The position numbers and the translations under genes are program-made. Of a stretch of 58,802 nucleotides of DNA, positions 37,054 through 50,998 are shown one piece after another (position 1 is the stretch's first letter; each line of letters opens with the position of its first letter). The notes below the pieces were generated by a model. The model did not search any database, was not told the origin of the DNA, and saw nothing but the letters and a program-made list of their open reading frames with translations. The stretch is from Candidatus Campbellbacteria bacterium (lineage in GTDB: Bacteria; Patescibacteriota; Minisyncoccia; Phycocordibacterales; EsbW-18), in NCBI GenBank assembly GCA_045863475.1, contig BTUR01000005.1, forward strand, positions 1-58,802. The letters are read 5' to 3'.

Positions 37054-37860
37054 ATGGAATATCTCTGGCTCTTCTTTGCGTTTGCCTTCGGTGCCTGTGT
37101 CGGAAGCTTCCTCAACGTTGTCATCTTGCGGTACAACACAGGAAGGGGGATAAACGGACGCTCCGGCTGCGCTGTGTGCGGCGCACAACTTCGGTGGTTT
37201 GAACTTATCCCAATTGTCAGTTTTTTTGTGCAAAAAGGACGGTGTCGCACGTGCCACTCGTCGGTTTCATGGCAGTATCCGCTCGTTGAGATATTGACCG
37301 GCGCGTTGTTCGTCGCACTGTACGCGCTGTATGCACCGGAGTGGATGCTCCTGGCTTTGTATGCGGTTGAATGGTCGCTCCTGGTCGTCATCGTTGTCTA
37401 TGACATGCGGCACAAAATAATTCCGGACCCGTTTGTCTTTGCCTTTTGTGCACTCGCACTCCTCTCTATCTTTTTGTCTCCCGGTTGGGGATTTTCCGTG
37501 CCGAGTAATTTCTGGAGCGCACTTTCCGCGGGACCGCTACTTGCCGCGCCGTTTGCGCTCCTATGGCTTGTCTCGGGCGGTCGTTGGATGGGATTCGGCG
37601 ACGCGAAGCTTGCACTCGGGATGGGTTGGATGCTCGGTATTGCACAAGGTCTCTCGGCGCTCGTATTATCGTTTTGGGTCGGCGCGATTGTTTCCATCGG
37701 CATCATACTGTATGAGCGATACGGTGCTCCACATGCCGCGTTGTCGCGTACGCACGGTCGTCTTACAATGAAGAGTGAAATACCGTTTGCACCATTTCTC
37801 ATTATCGGACTCGCACTTGTCTTCTTTTTCGGTTTCGACACGTTTTCTCTTTTTATATGA
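37054..37860 (+). CDS. pilD: Prepilin peptidase
   Basis: GSFLNV, two CxxC motifs, QYPLVE, YD...IIPD, MGFGDAKL and IPFAPF. Confidence 0.94.
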   Translation: MEYLWLFFAFAFGACVGSFLNVVILRYNTGRGINGRSGCAVCGAQLRWFELIPIVSFFVQKGRCRTCHSSVSWQYPLVEILTGALFVALYALYAPEWMLLALYAVEWSLLVVIVVYDMRHKIIPDPFVFAFCALALLSIFLSPGWGFSVPSNFWSALSAGPLLAAPFALLWLVSGGRWMGFGDAKLALGMGWMLGIAQGLSALVLSFWVGAIVSIGIILYERYGAPHAALSRTHGRLTMKSEIPFAPFLIIGLALVFFFGFDTFSLFI

Positions 37861-38459
37861 AGCACCGAACACGCACACACGGGTTTACCATCATTGAACT
37901 GATAGTTACGGTCGGCATTTTCGCGATGATATCGGCGGTCTTGCTCGTGCGCAACAGCAAGTTTGACGATGAGGCACTTTTGCAGAGCGCTGCATATGAA
38001 GTTGCGTTGTCGGTGCGTCAGGCGCAGAACTACGGCATCAACGTGCAGGGGCAAGAAGGAACATTTGATAAGGCATATGGCGTATATTTTGAGACCGCAT
38101 CCACATCCTACACTCTGTTCTATGATCTCGACGAGAACAGTGAATTTAGCGAAAACGAGTTTCTTGAAGGCTATGTGCTCGGTCGCGGCTACACCATTGA
38201 ACGCATCTGTCCATTCTCCGACCTCGAAACGCTGTGCCAGGATCGTAGTGAAGACGCGGTTTCAGTTGTTTTCCGAAGGCCGGACCCGGAAGCAATCATG
38301 ACCGCGCAGGGCGGCGTGGTAGGCGACATCACGTCACTCGGTATTGAGTTAGCGTCTCCCCGCGGCGGACGTCGTTTCATTATTGTGAGGCAGACGGGGC
38401 AAATCGGGGTTATCAACCAAGAAACAGTAGAAGGAGGGTCTGGGTCTGAGGAGTTATAA
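37857..38459 (+). CDS. Minor pilin (FimT/GspH-like)
   Basis: HG|FTIIELIV prepilin motif. Confidence 0.85.
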   Translation: MKHRTRTHGFTIIELIVTVGIFAMISAVLLVRNSKFDDEALLQSAAYEVALSVRQAQNYGINVQGQEGTFDKAYGVYFETASTSYTLFYDLDENSEFSENEFLEGYVLGRGYTIERICPFSDLETLCQDRSEDAVSVVFRRPDPEAIMTAQGGVVGDITSLGIELASPRGGRRFIIVRQTGQIGVINQETVEGGSGSEEL

Positions 38460-38465
38460 CATCAC

Positions 38466-39035
38466 ATGAAGCGTTGGTTCAAAAAAACAGCATCGGCGAA
38501 ACGCACATCCGGGTTTACCCTTGTGGAGATGATTGTTGCCGTGTTTATTTTTACCGTGGTTATGTTAATTGCGGTTGCCGCACTTGTTTCCGTACTTGAC
38601 GCGAACCGCCGTGCACAAGCGACGAAATCGGTCATGAACAATTTACACTTCGCGCTTGAGAGCATGACACGCGAAATACGTACCGGTACGAACTACGCGG
38701 CCGCGACACCTGAACAGTTTTCGTTCACCGACAAAGATGAGTGTGATATCACGTATGCTCTTAATGACACTGACGGTGACGGTAAGGATGAAATCGTCCG
38801 TTCGGTCTCTGCAATGTCAATTGTGTGTCCGAAACAAACCACGAGTAACATTCCGGTGACTGCGTCTGAAGTTGTTGTTGAGACACTCGGGTTCTATGTT
38901 TCTGGTGTGGAAATAAACGATGAGACGCAACCGAACGTCAAAATCATCATGCGTGGCGTTGCCGGTCAAACAGTCCGTACGCGCGTACCGTTTGATTTGC
39001 AGACGTTCATCACACAGCGATTCCTCGATAGATAA
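38466..39035 (+). CDS. Minor pilin (PilW/GspJ-like)
   Basis: SG|FTLVEMIVAV and LE.MTREIR motifs. Confidence 0.85.
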   Translation: MKRWFKKTASAKRTSGFTLVEMIVAVFIFTVVMLIAVAALVSVLDANRRAQATKSVMNNLHFALESMTREIRTGTNYAAATPEQFSFTDKDECDITYALNDTDGDGKDEIVRSVSAMSIVCPKQTTSNIPVTASEVVVETLGFYVSGVEINDETQPNVKIIMRGVAGQTVRTRVPFDLQTFITQRFLDR

Positions 39036-39039
39036 CATC

Positions 39040-39591
39040 ATGCAACCCACTACGCACAACACAAACACAACTAACACGTCCGTCTTCAACGGTGGATTTA
39101 CCTTCGTTGAAACACTTGTCGCGATCTCGGTTCTGCTTGTCGCAGTTGCCGGTCCGCTGTTTCTTGCGTCACAAGGTTTGCGTGCCGCCAGAATCGCGCG
39201 CGACCAAATCAGCGCGAACTACCTCGCACAGGAAGCCGTTGAATACGTGAGGTTCCGCCGTGATAATAATGCGCTCCAAGGCAACACGTGGCTGACAGGA
39301 CTCTCGTTGTGTACAACCGGTTGTACCATCGACATTTATACAAACGATATCGCCGCGTGCCCGGTTGGTACCGAATGCCCCGTTCTTTTTCAAGAGGACA
39401 CGGGGAAATACGGGTATGGTTCAGGCGCGGGCTCTGAGGAGGAGTGGATTGAAACCAAGTTCACCAGATGGATACTCATCGACGAAGCTGTTGCCAACCA
39501 AGAGGCACAACTTGAAGTGACGATTTCGTGGCAAGATGGAGCTATTGAGCGTCAGTACACCATTACGGAGACGCTCATGAATTGGCAGTAG
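39040..39591 (+). CDS. Minor pilin (PilV/GspI-like)
   Basis: GG|FTFVETLVAI and A.YLAQEAVE motifs. Confidence 0.85.
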   Translation: MQPTTHNTNTTNTSVFNGGFTFVETLVAISVLLVAVAGPLFLASQGLRAARIARDQISANYLAQEAVEYVRFRRDNNALQGNTWLTGLSLCTTGCTIDIYTNDIAACPVGTECPVLFQEDTGKYGYGSGAGSEEEWIETKFTRWILIDEAVANQEAQLEVTISWQDGAIERQYTITETLMNWQ

Positions 39592-39639
39592 TAAGGTAGG
39601 GAACAGGGAACGGGGAACAGAGGACAGGAAATACACACT

Positions 39640-42989
<3,350 letters not shown>

Positions 42990-42998
42990 CCGTCTCTC

Positions 42999-43027
42999 TT
43001 GACGTACGACTGCAATAATTGTATGTT
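42999..43027 (+). promoter_or_regulatory. Sigma70-like promoter of an orphan gene
   Basis: TTGACG-N17-TATGTT. Confidence 0.5.
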
Positions 43028-43157
43028 ACTTCGGTAACGTTCTTTTACAGTGCTACAAATGTGACCGCGGTTGTGAGCGCCCTTTTCGGGCTTTTACAAC
43101 CGCGGTCAATCCCGACTGGCGGCAATCCTACCCGCGAATACCGGGAAAGGAGGCAAC

Positions 43158-43823
43158 ATGGGCGCGAAAACCGCTCAGCAGGAGACGGACCGTCGTGAGG
43201 GATGGGCGAACAAGTTCGTCACACTGACCATTCGCGGAATCCTACCTCTCATCGAGCGTGGGAAGCGAGATGGCGAGACCATCCTCAAAATGCTTCAGAT
43301 CATCAAGGATGGCCAGGATGAGTACCAGCAGTTGTACGCATTCATCAACAACATGATGGAGCCGGCGACGACCGATCTTTTCACCTTCTTCGCCAACCGC
43401 CCTGGTCTCTACGTCTCGCCCGGGTTCCGAGCCCACATTCTCGCCCCGGCACTCGAGATGGAGGAGGCGGCCCCGGCACAAGCCGGGATGCCGTACGTTC
43501 CTCCGACGGGGATGACTGACACCCAGATTCTTGAGAATCTTGGTGAGGACTGCATGTTTCCGAACGCCCGTGCGTTCTGTCGCTACCTCGAGTACGCCAT
43601 CACGGCGCAGTGGGGCGGTACGTCTGGTGGCAACCTTCTCACTAACGGCTACGCGAACATCTTCTACGTTCGCGGTCGCAACGAGAAGTGCGAAAGCGAG
43701 GCCTTCACGGTCTGCGTTTACTGGTACATCGGCCTTAGCTCGTTGGACGTCGACGTATACCAGCTCGGCGCTCGCTCCTGGAGTCAAGGCATTCGCGCCT
43801 TCCCTTTTATGAAAGCCGCCTAA
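43158..43823 (+). CDS. Hypothetical protein (orphan cassette)
   Basis: AAAGGAGG SD, a structured leader and a terminator-like hairpin at ~43840-43893. Confidence 0.7.
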   Translation: MGAKTAQQETDRREGWANKFVTLTIRGILPLIERGKRDGETILKMLQIIKDGQDEYQQLYAFINNMMEPATTDLFTFFANRPGLYVSPGFRAHILAPALEMEEAAPAQAGMPYVPPTGMTDTQILENLGEDCMFPNARAFCRYLEYAITAQWGGTSGGNLLTNGYANIFYVRGRNEKCESEAFTVCVYWYIGLSSLDVDVYQLGARSWSQGIRAFPFMKAA

Positions 43824-43922
43824 GTAGCACAGTTCTTCCGCACCCCGTCTCGTTTCGGCAGCAATGCCAAACGCGGCGGGGTGCTTTGTTTTTTGCGCCT
43901 AAAAATGTGCGATAATACCCGT

Positions 43923-44201
43923 ATGGAAACACCCGATATCGAAAAACTGGCCGGGCTTGCGCGTATTCAGCTCTCGGAGAGTGAAAAGAAGGCCCTGGAG
44001 AAGGATTTTAAAGACATTCTGGCGTTTATTGACCAGATTTCTGGTGCATCCGTCTCACATGAAGAAAAACAAGCAGGTACCCCGCACAACGTCATGCGCC
44101 CCGATATGGACGCGCACGAAGGCGGCGTATACACCGATGCGCTTTTGTCTGCCGCCCCTGAATCAAAAGACGGGTACGTGAAGGTGAAGAATATTTTTTA
44201 G
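43923..44201 (+). CDS. gatC: Asp/Glu-tRNA amidotransferase subunit C
   Basis: LA.LARI, NVMRPD and AP..KDGYVKV motifs. Confidence 0.92.
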   Translation: METPDIEKLAGLARIQLSESEKKALEKDFKDILAFIDQISGASVSHEEKQAGTPHNVMRPDMDAHEGGVYTDALLSAAPESKDGYVKVKNIF

Positions 44202-44203
44202 GT

Positions 44204-45622
44204 ATGCGCATCCCCGAGCTGACAATCAATGAGGCATCAAAGAAACTGCACAGCGGTGAGGTTACCTCTGTGGAGCTGACGCGCGCGTGCATTGATGCAA
44301 TCCGCGAGCGCGACGGCGACATCCACGCGCTCTTGGAAGTGTACGACGATGCGCTTTCACAAGCAGAAGCGGCGGATGCGCGCATCAAAGAGGGGAATGC
44401 AACACCACTCACCGGCATCCCCATCATCGTCAAAGACAACATTTTAGTGCAAGGAAAGAAAGCGTCCGCCGCGTCAAAGATTTTGGAGAACTATACGGCG
44501 ACGTACGACGCGACCGTTATAAAAAAACTCAAAGAGGCAGGTGTGGTATTTGTCGGCCGCGCGAACATGGATGAATTTGCGATGGGAAGTTCCACGGAGC
44601 AGTCCGCGTTCGGACCGACCCGAAATCCCCACGACACAACACGCGTTCCGGGCGGTTCCTCGGGTGGCTCTGCCGCATCCGTTGCCGCGGGATTTGCACT
44701 CGGTGCACTGGGTTCGGACACGGCGGGTTCCATTCGTTTTCCTGCGGCGCTGTGCGGTGTCGTTGGGTTCAAGCCGACGTACGGCGCGGTATCGCGCTCG
44801 GGACTTATCGCGCTCGGCTCGTCTTTGGATTGCATCGGACCGCTGACAAAGTCGGTTACCGATGCAGAAATGCTTTTTGATGTTATTTCCGGAAAAGATG
44901 CAAAAGACAGCACGACGGTGGACGCGACGGACTACCCGCAAGTTTCTCCTGATGTAAAAACCGTCGGCGTTCCGCGTGCGTTCATTGAAAAATGTGACAT
45001 GGACGCGCGCGTCAAGCAGAATTTCTATGACTCACTCGCACGTCTTGAGCAGCTCGACTACACACTCGCAGATATTGAACTGCCCAACATCCACTATGGT
45101 GTTCCGGCGTACTACGTTCTGCTGCCGGCGGAAGCGTCAGCAAACCTCGCACGTTTTGACGGCATGCGTTTTGGCGCGCGAACGCAGGGGGAGGACTTGC
45201 TGGGTGATTACATCGCAAGCCGTGGGCAGGGCTTCGGGCCTGAGCCGCGCCGCCGCATTCTCATTGGTACCTATGTGTTGTCGGCCGGATACTACGATGC
45301 ATACTACAACCGTGCGCACGTCATCAGAACACTCATCAAAAAAGATTTTGAAGATGCGTTCTCGCGCGTGGATGTCATCGCAATGCCGACGTCAGCCGGA
45401 CCGGCGTTTAAACTCGGCGAGAAGACGCATGACCCGGTGAAAATGTATCTTGAAGACGTCTTTACGGTGCCGGCAAACCATGCGGGCATTCCGGCAATCT
45501 CAGTGCCATCAGGAACGGTTATGGAGGACGGAAAGAAACTGCCGCTCGGGTTGCAGTTCATGGCACCGCACCTAGGTGAGGGGCGACTGTTTTCAATCGG
45601 AAAGAAATTTTTGGGCGAATAA
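44204..45622 (+). CDS. gatA: Asp/Glu-tRNA amidotransferase subunit A
   Basis: KDN, NMDEFAMGSSTE, GGSSGGS, GSDTAGSIR and RRILIGTYVLSAGYYDAYY motifs. Confidence 0.96.
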   Translation: MRIPELTINEASKKLHSGEVTSVELTRACIDAIRERDGDIHALLEVYDDALSQAEAADARIKEGNATPLTGIPIIVKDNILVQGKKASAASKILENYTATYDATVIKKLKEAGVVFVGRANMDEFAMGSSTEQSAFGPTRNPHDTTRVPGGSSGGSAASVAAGFALGALGSDTAGSIRFPAALCGVVGFKPTYGAVSRSGLIALGSSLDCIGPLTKSVTDAEMLFDVISGKDAKDSTTVDATDYPQVSPDVKTVGVPRAFIEKCDMDARVKQNFYDSLARLEQLDYTLADIELPNIHYGVPAYYVLLPAEASANLARFDGMRFGARTQGEDLLGDYIASRGQGFGPEPRRRILIGTYVLSAGYYDAYYNRAHVIRTLIKKDFEDAFSRVDVIAMPTSAGPAFKLGEKTHDPVKMYLEDVFTVPANHAGIPAISVPSGTVMEDGKKLPLGLQFMAPHLGEGRLFSIGKKFLGE

Positions 45623-45625
45623 TAT

Positions 45626-46546
45626 ATGGCAGATAAACCAAAAGACAAAGGAGGTAAAAAACCCGCAGGTGGCGGCATGAAGAGCGACATGGACGTGCTC
45701 TCGACACTGCTGGCGATTGTCATCGGCTTGGCGCTTCTCTCGGCACTTTTTGCATCATTCCAGAATCGTTTTGCCGGGGGCGGCAAGGTGGACCTCGGCT
45801 CGTGGGCATGGACAAGAATTGCGGCGTTTTCAAGCAGGGTTGATGAATACACACCGGAAGGAACCGCAATTGAGGTGAAGCGACGCACCAATGTCTGGGA
45901 GACGGAATTTAGAGAGCGAATTTTGGGCGTGCAGGAGCGTGGCACGGCGGGATGGCTTATTGCTGCGGAAGTTTTGGGAGATGAGGTGCTCTGGAATGTT
46001 GATTTTGAGAAAAGCCCCGACGGCTGGGTGTCGGCGAATGACCTTAAGAAAGTGCACCAAGGATTTGTTGCCTCGGTTCGCGCGTGGTTTTTGTGGCTTT
46101 CCGCAATCTTTTCAATTCTCGGCGCTGGAATCGGGCTGTACTCCTGGAAACGTTGGGTACTGCTGACAACTATTCACAAAAAGCAGATGGAGATGCTTGA
46201 GAAGAAGCTCACGGAAACCGACGTCGCCAACAAAAACGAGCGCTGGCAGCACGTTGAAGAGCTTGCAGCATCGGATAACCCGGGTGACTGGCGCGTTGCC
46301 ATTATCGAAGCCGATATCATGCTCAATGAGCTGGTAAGTTCGATGGGATACGACGGTGACACGCTCGGAGACAAGCTCAAGCGCATTGAGAAGAGCGACT
46401 TCACAACGCTGGATCTTGCGTGGGAGGCACACAAGGTGCGTAACCGCATCGCGCACAGCGGTTCTGACTTCATTCTGACCGCGCGTGAGGCGAAGCGTGT
46501 TGTTGGCTTGTACCGAGAAGTGCTTCAGGAATTCGATTACGTGTAA
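45626..46546 (+). CDS. Two-TM hypothetical protein
   Basis: Two TM helices, an SH3-like ..GWV segment, and a C-terminal AIIEAD...AH.VRNRIAH (RxxxxH, HEPN-like) region. Confidence 0.7.
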   Translation: MADKPKDKGGKKPAGGGMKSDMDVLSTLLAIVIGLALLSALFASFQNRFAGGGKVDLGSWAWTRIAAFSSRVDEYTPEGTAIEVKRRTNVWETEFRERILGVQERGTAGWLIAAEVLGDEVLWNVDFEKSPDGWVSANDLKKVHQGFVASVRAWFLWLSAIFSILGAGIGLYSWKRWVLLTTIHKKQMEMLEKKLTETDVANKNERWQHVEELAASDNPGDWRVAIIEADIMLNELVSSMGYDGDTLGDKLKRIEKSDFTTLDLAWEAHKVRNRIAHSGSDFILTAREAKRVVGLYREVLQEFDYV

Positions 46547-46583
46547 GGATATCTCGGCGTTCGTTCTGATATACTGTACGCAT

Positions 46584-48512
46584 ATGCCCGATGAGAAACC
46601 GGCAAGCGACGGCCCTATCGAGTCGCTGACGAAAAAATTGTACACCCCCGGGAACGAGTCGCTGACGAAACTGCGACGGTCGGGATTCCATGAACCCTCC
46701 TATGATGTTTCGGAAGATTTCAAGCATGACCATGAGACACCGCGCGTCATGAAGCACCTCACCAAACACCACACGAAAATCCGCTGGTTTTTCTTCGGCG
46801 CCGTCGTCTTTTTCCTCGCGACACTCTCAGCGGCACTCTTTTTCCTCTCCGGTGACCGCAATATCGTCTCAGCGGCAAAAATAGATATCGCCGTATCCGG
46901 TCCCGTGATGGTTGCCGCCGGCGACACGCTGCCGCTTGCCATTGAAATTCGCAACAGAAATACGACCGCGCTTCAGATATCCGACCTCATTATTGAGTAT
47001 CCGGAAGGAACGCGCTCCGCAGATGACATTACCGTGGAGCTGCCGCGGCAACGTCTCTCGCTCGGCGACATCGGCTCAGGTGAGCGTGTTGCGACGGGGA
47101 CGAGGGCCGTGCTTTTTGCCGAAGAGGGAACCGAACAGACGGTGCGCGTGACGCTGGAGTACCGCGTTGCGGGTTCAAACGCAATTCTGGCGAAAGAAGC
47201 GGAATTTGCCGTGCGCATCGGCGCATCACCGCTTTCATTGTCGGTGTCCGCTCCGAAACAAATTAACTCGGGGCAGGAAGTTGAAATGACGGTCTCCATT
47301 ACATCAAATACGTCAGTGTTGCTCCAAGACGTCGTGCTCGCCGCCGACTATCCGTTCGGCTTTTCATTCAAAAACGGTAGCCCCGAACCGACATTCTCGG
47401 AGAACATGTGGTCGCTCGGCGATATCGAACCTGAAGGAAGGCGAGAGATACGTATTCGCGGAACACTCTCGGGTCAAGATGATGAGGATCGCGTGTTCCG
47501 GTTCCGCACCGGGCTCGCATCTGAGCGCAACGACACACAGCTCGGGACCGCATTCGCGCAAGTAGATCACACCATTTCCATTTTGCGCCCGTTTATTGAC
47601 ATGCGTGTCGTCGTCAATGGACAACAGGACGGCACGGCAACCATACCTCCGGGCGGCGCGACGCGCGTGGACATCAACTGGAAGAATAATTTGCCGACGA
47701 GAATTACCGATGCGGTTGTTACCGCGCGCATCGAAGGGGATGCGGTCAACGAGCGCTCGGTGTCCGCACTGAAAGGTTTCTACAGCTCTTCAAATAACAC
47801 CGTGACGTGGGACGAGCGCAGTGCATCTGAACTCGCGGTCATCAACTCAGGCGAGTCAGGATCATTCTCGTTTTCATTCTCGACCGATCCGATTACGCAG
47901 GGGAGTACTGGGCGCATCGACCCGGATATTAATCTGTCCATTATGATTACCGGTCGCGCGGTAGCAGAAGGAGGAACGCCGGAACAAATTACCGCGGAAG
48001 AGGAACGGCTCGTACGCATTTCCTCAGAGATTGTGTTGTCCGGCCGTGCGGTGCATACCGTCGGTCCTCTGGAAAACTCCGGACCGATGCCGCCGCAGGT
48101 TGAGGAGAAGACGACGTATACCGTTATCTGGTCCATTTCAAACGCGGTGAATGACGTATCCAATGCAACCGTGCGCGCAAAATTACCGCCGTACATGTCG
48201 TGGGAGAATGAAGTCAGTCCGTCGAGCGAAGATGTCCAGTACGACAGCGCTTCCGGCGAAATCATCTGGCGTGCCGGTTTCATACGCTCCGGTACCGGAT
48301 ACAGCACGCCTGCGCATCAAGTCGCGTTCCAAGTCGGACTGACGCCCTCAGTAACACAACTCGGTACCTCCCCGGTGCTTGTGCAAGGTGCGGTGCTTTC
48401 GGCAACTGATGACGTCACACAGTCCGCGATCAGCGCACAAACGCAATATCTCAGCACAGCTCTGTACACCGATCCGGGATTCCAGCCGGGGCAGGAGAAC
48501 GTTGTTGAGTAA
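46584..48512 (+). CDS. Large single-TM exported protein with repeated Ig-like (DUF11-like) domains
   Basis: One TM helix followed by beta-rich repeats with W.LG.I motifs. Confidence 0.75.
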   Translation: MPDEKPASDGPIESLTKKLYTPGNESLTKLRRSGFHEPSYDVSEDFKHDHETPRVMKHLTKHHTKIRWFFFGAVVFFLATLSAALFFLSGDRNIVSAAKIDIAVSGPVMVAAGDTLPLAIEIRNRNTTALQISDLIIEYPEGTRSADDITVELPRQRLSLGDIGSGERVATGTRAVLFAEEGTEQTVRVTLEYRVAGSNAILAKEAEFAVRIGASPLSLSVSAPKQINSGQEVEMTVSITSNTSVLLQDVVLAADYPFGFSFKNGSPEPTFSENMWSLGDIEPEGRREIRIRGTLSGQDDEDRVFRFRTGLASERNDTQLGTAFAQVDHTISILRPFIDMRVVVNGQQDGTATIPPGGATRVDINWKNNLPTRITDAVVTARIEGDAVNERSVSALKGFYSSSNNTVTWDERSASELAVINSGESGSFSFSFSTDPITQGSTGRIDPDINLSIMITGRAVAEGGTPEQITAEEERLVRISSEIVLSGRAVHTVGPLENSGPMPPQVEEKTTYTVIWSISNAVNDVSNATVRAKLPPYMSWENEVSPSSEDVQYDSASGEIIWRAGFIRSGTGYSTPAHQVAFQVGLTPSVTQLGTSPVLVQGAVLSATDDVTQSAISAQTQYLSTALYTDPGFQPGQENVVE

Positions 48513-48548
48513 GGCTCGCGCTACTTTTTTGTTATACTGTTTGGAACC

Positions 48549-49598
48549 ATGCAAAACATGACCATACACATCTCGGCATCCTCGGTCCTCAAGGCGCTCT
48601 TGGTGCTTGTTGGTGCGTACGTTCTGTATCTTCTGAAGGACATCGTGCTTATTGTGCTTGCGGCGGTTGTCATCGCCTCGGCGGTGGAGCCGGCGACGCG
48701 GTGGTTCGTCCGCTATAAACTGCCGCGCGCAGCCGCGGTTGTCGTGGTCTACATCGGAATTGCACTCGGTCTCATCGGGCTGGTGTATTTCTTGCTTCCG
48801 TCACTGCTTTCCGAAACCGCGGCATTTTTCGCGCTTATTCCTGAATACGTCGGTGCAATTGATTTCAAACCGATTCTGGAGCGCTTCTTTGATGTAGACT
48901 CCGCTTCGACGGTGCAGGGCCTTTCTGACACGATTTCAGCGAATGATTTTGCATCGGCTACCCGCTCACTGCTCGCCATTCCCGGCGGTGCGTTCCGTGT
49001 CGTTGCAACCGTGTTCGGCGGCGTCTTCTCGTTCGCACTCGTTATCGTGCTGTCGTTCTACCTCTCCGTGCAAGAAGATGGTATTCCTGAATTCTTACGT
49101 CTCATCACCCCGCACCGTCACCACGCGTATGTACTTGATCTCTGGAAGCGTTCTCAGCGCAAAATTGGCCAGTGGATGCAGGGACAATTACTCCTCATGC
49201 TCCTCGTCGGTCTTCTTGTATTTTTGGGCCTTACGATTCTGGACATCCGTCACGCGTTTCTCTTTGCCATCATGGCGGGACTCTTTGAGCTCATTCCGCT
49301 GTTCGGTCCGATTCTCGCATCCATTCCGGCAATTGCCGTTGCGCTCTCGCAGGGAGGACTCACGCTCACCGTCATGGTCATTGGTCTCTACATCATCATC
49401 CAGCAGTTTGAAAATCACCTCCTGTATCCGCTCGTGGTGAATAAGGTCGTCGGCGTGCCGGCCATTGTGGTTATTCTTGCACTTATCGTCGGTGCACAGC
49501 TCGCGGGATTCCTCGGCGCCTTGCTTTCGGTCCCGCTTGCGGCCGTGTTGATGGAACTTGTTCACGACGCGAAGAAGCGCTCGGTAGCAGCTTCGTAA
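48549..49598 (+). CDS. AI-2E (PerM) family transporter
   Basis: W..GQ, IP.FGP, IQQFEN..L.P and G.LL.VP motifs. Confidence 0.9.
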   Translation: MQNMTIHISASSVLKALLVLVGAYVLYLLKDIVLIVLAAVVIASAVEPATRWFVRYKLPRAAAVVVVYIGIALGLIGLVYFLLPSLLSETAAFFALIPEYVGAIDFKPILERFFDVDSASTVQGLSDTISANDFASATRSLLAIPGGAFRVVATVFGGVFSFALVIVLSFYLSVQEDGIPEFLRLITPHRHHAYVLDLWKRSQRKIGQWMQGQLLLMLLVGLLVFLGLTILDIRHAFLFAIMAGLFELIPLFGPILASIPAIAVALSQGGLTLTVMVIGLYIIIQQFENHLLYPLVVNKVVGVPAIVVILALIVGAQLAGFLGALLSVPLAAVLMELVHDAKKRSVAAS

Positions 49599-49604
49599 GG
49601 CGCC

Positions 49605-50396
49605 ATGCGCTACGCGTATTTCGACATCCACTCCCATCTCAACTTCCCGGAATTTGATTCCGACCGGGATGATATTCTTGCGCGTATGCGCGAGGAAGGA
49701 ATAGGAACCATAACGGTGGGTACCGGTCTTGCAACATCACGCGAAGCGCTCCAGCTCGCCGCGTTGCACGAGCACGTGTTTGCCACCGTAGGTATTCATC
49801 CGACCGACGCGGAAGAAATATTTGATGAAGCGGCGTTTGATGTACTCGCGAACAACCCTAAGGTTGTTGCGGTGGGGGAGTGCGGACTTGATTACTACCG
49901 GGATGACGCACCGGAGACAAAAGCACGCCAGAAGGAACTCTTTTCCGCGCACATTGCATTTGCAAAGAAACACGATTTACCGCTCATGATTCACGGACGG
50001 GCAAGCCGCGGGAGTCAGGATGCGTATGAAGACATTCTCTCGACACTTGAAGGAAGCGGGTGCCGCGGCAACGTGCATTTTTTCGCCGGTTCCCCGGATA
50101 TTGCGCGTCGTTTTCTGGACCTCGGGTTCACGCTTTCATTTGACGGTCCCATCACGTTTTCCCGCGACTACGACGAGGTCATCCGGCTTGTTCCTGAGGA
50201 TATGATTATGGTTGAGACCGACTCGCCGTTTGCCGCACCTGCGCCATATAGAGGCCGGCGGTGCGACCCGACCATGGTGCGGCATGTTGCCGAGGCAATC
50301 GCCGATATTCGCGGGGTGGAGCGGGAATCCATGGGTAAAAAACTGGTGGAAAACGCGCTCAGGGCATTTAAAATCCCAGGCGAATTAAGAAGCTAA
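49605..50396 (+). CDS. tatD: TatD-family hydrolase/DNase
   Basis: DIHSH, GIHP, VGECGLDYY and ETDSPF motifs. Confidence 0.92.
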   Translation: MRYAYFDIHSHLNFPEFDSDRDDILARMREEGIGTITVGTGLATSREALQLAALHEHVFATVGIHPTDAEEIFDEAAFDVLANNPKVVAVGECGLDYYRDDAPETKARQKELFSAHIAFAKKHDLPLMIHGRASRGSQDAYEDILSTLEGSGCRGNVHFFAGSPDIARRFLDLGFTLSFDGPITFSRDYDEVIRLVPEDMIMVETDSPFAAPAPYRGRRCDPTMVRHVAEAIADIRGVERESMGKKLVENALRAFKIPGELRS

Positions 50397-50465
50397 AATC
50401 GGCATAAAGCGCTTATTTTACGGCCTTGCGGGGCTTTTTATTGTGTGCTAATGTGTACCCCGCGT

Positions 50466-50993
50466 ATGCAGGAATTTCAGGATAAATCACAAGACCAAGA
50501 CGACGACAGCGAGGCTCGTGTCTACGAGCTCGGTTTTCATATTGTGCCTTCAGTCGGGGATGAAGGTCTTTCAAAAGAGGTAGAGGCTGTCCATGGGGTT
50601 ATCGCGAAAAACGGCGGCAACATCGTTTCTGAGGAACAGCCGCAACTGACACGTCTTGCGTACCCGCTCCAGCGGGACATTGCGCGCAAGCGCCACACGT
50701 TTGATACCGCATACTTCGGCTGGGTCGTCTTTGAGGCGTTTCCGAAGGGTGCACACGCAGTTAAAGAGGCAATGCGACACAACGAACACATCATTCGCTC
50801 GTTGATGGTTAAAACTGAAAGAGACGCGGCTCCGGTCCGCCATCCGGCAACGGCACCTCGCTTTGAAACGAAACCGACTGAATTCTCAGCACGACCGGTT
50901 GAAAAAACACCGGCTGAAGGCGCACCTGAGACGCCCGCAGAACCGATGTCAACCGAACAGATGGACGCGGAAATCGAAAAGCTCGTCGTATAA
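50466..50993 (+). CDS. rpsF: 30S ribosomal protein S6
   Basis: YEL.F.I.P, RLAYP and IIR motifs; rpsF-ssb-rpsR synteny. Confidence 0.88.
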   Translation: MQEFQDKSQDQDDDSEARVYELGFHIVPSVGDEGLSKEVEAVHGVIAKNGGNIVSEEQPQLTRLAYPLQRDIARKRHTFDTAYFGWVVFEAFPKGAHAVKEAMRHNEHIIRSLMVKTERDAAPVRHPATAPRFETKPTEFSARPVEKTPAEGAPETPAEPMSTEQMDAEIEKLVV

Positions 50994-50998
50994 GTCGT

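Noticed and set aside
43923-45622. gatCA without an adjacent gatB
   Set aside because: Split gat operons are common; gatB is probably elsewhere.
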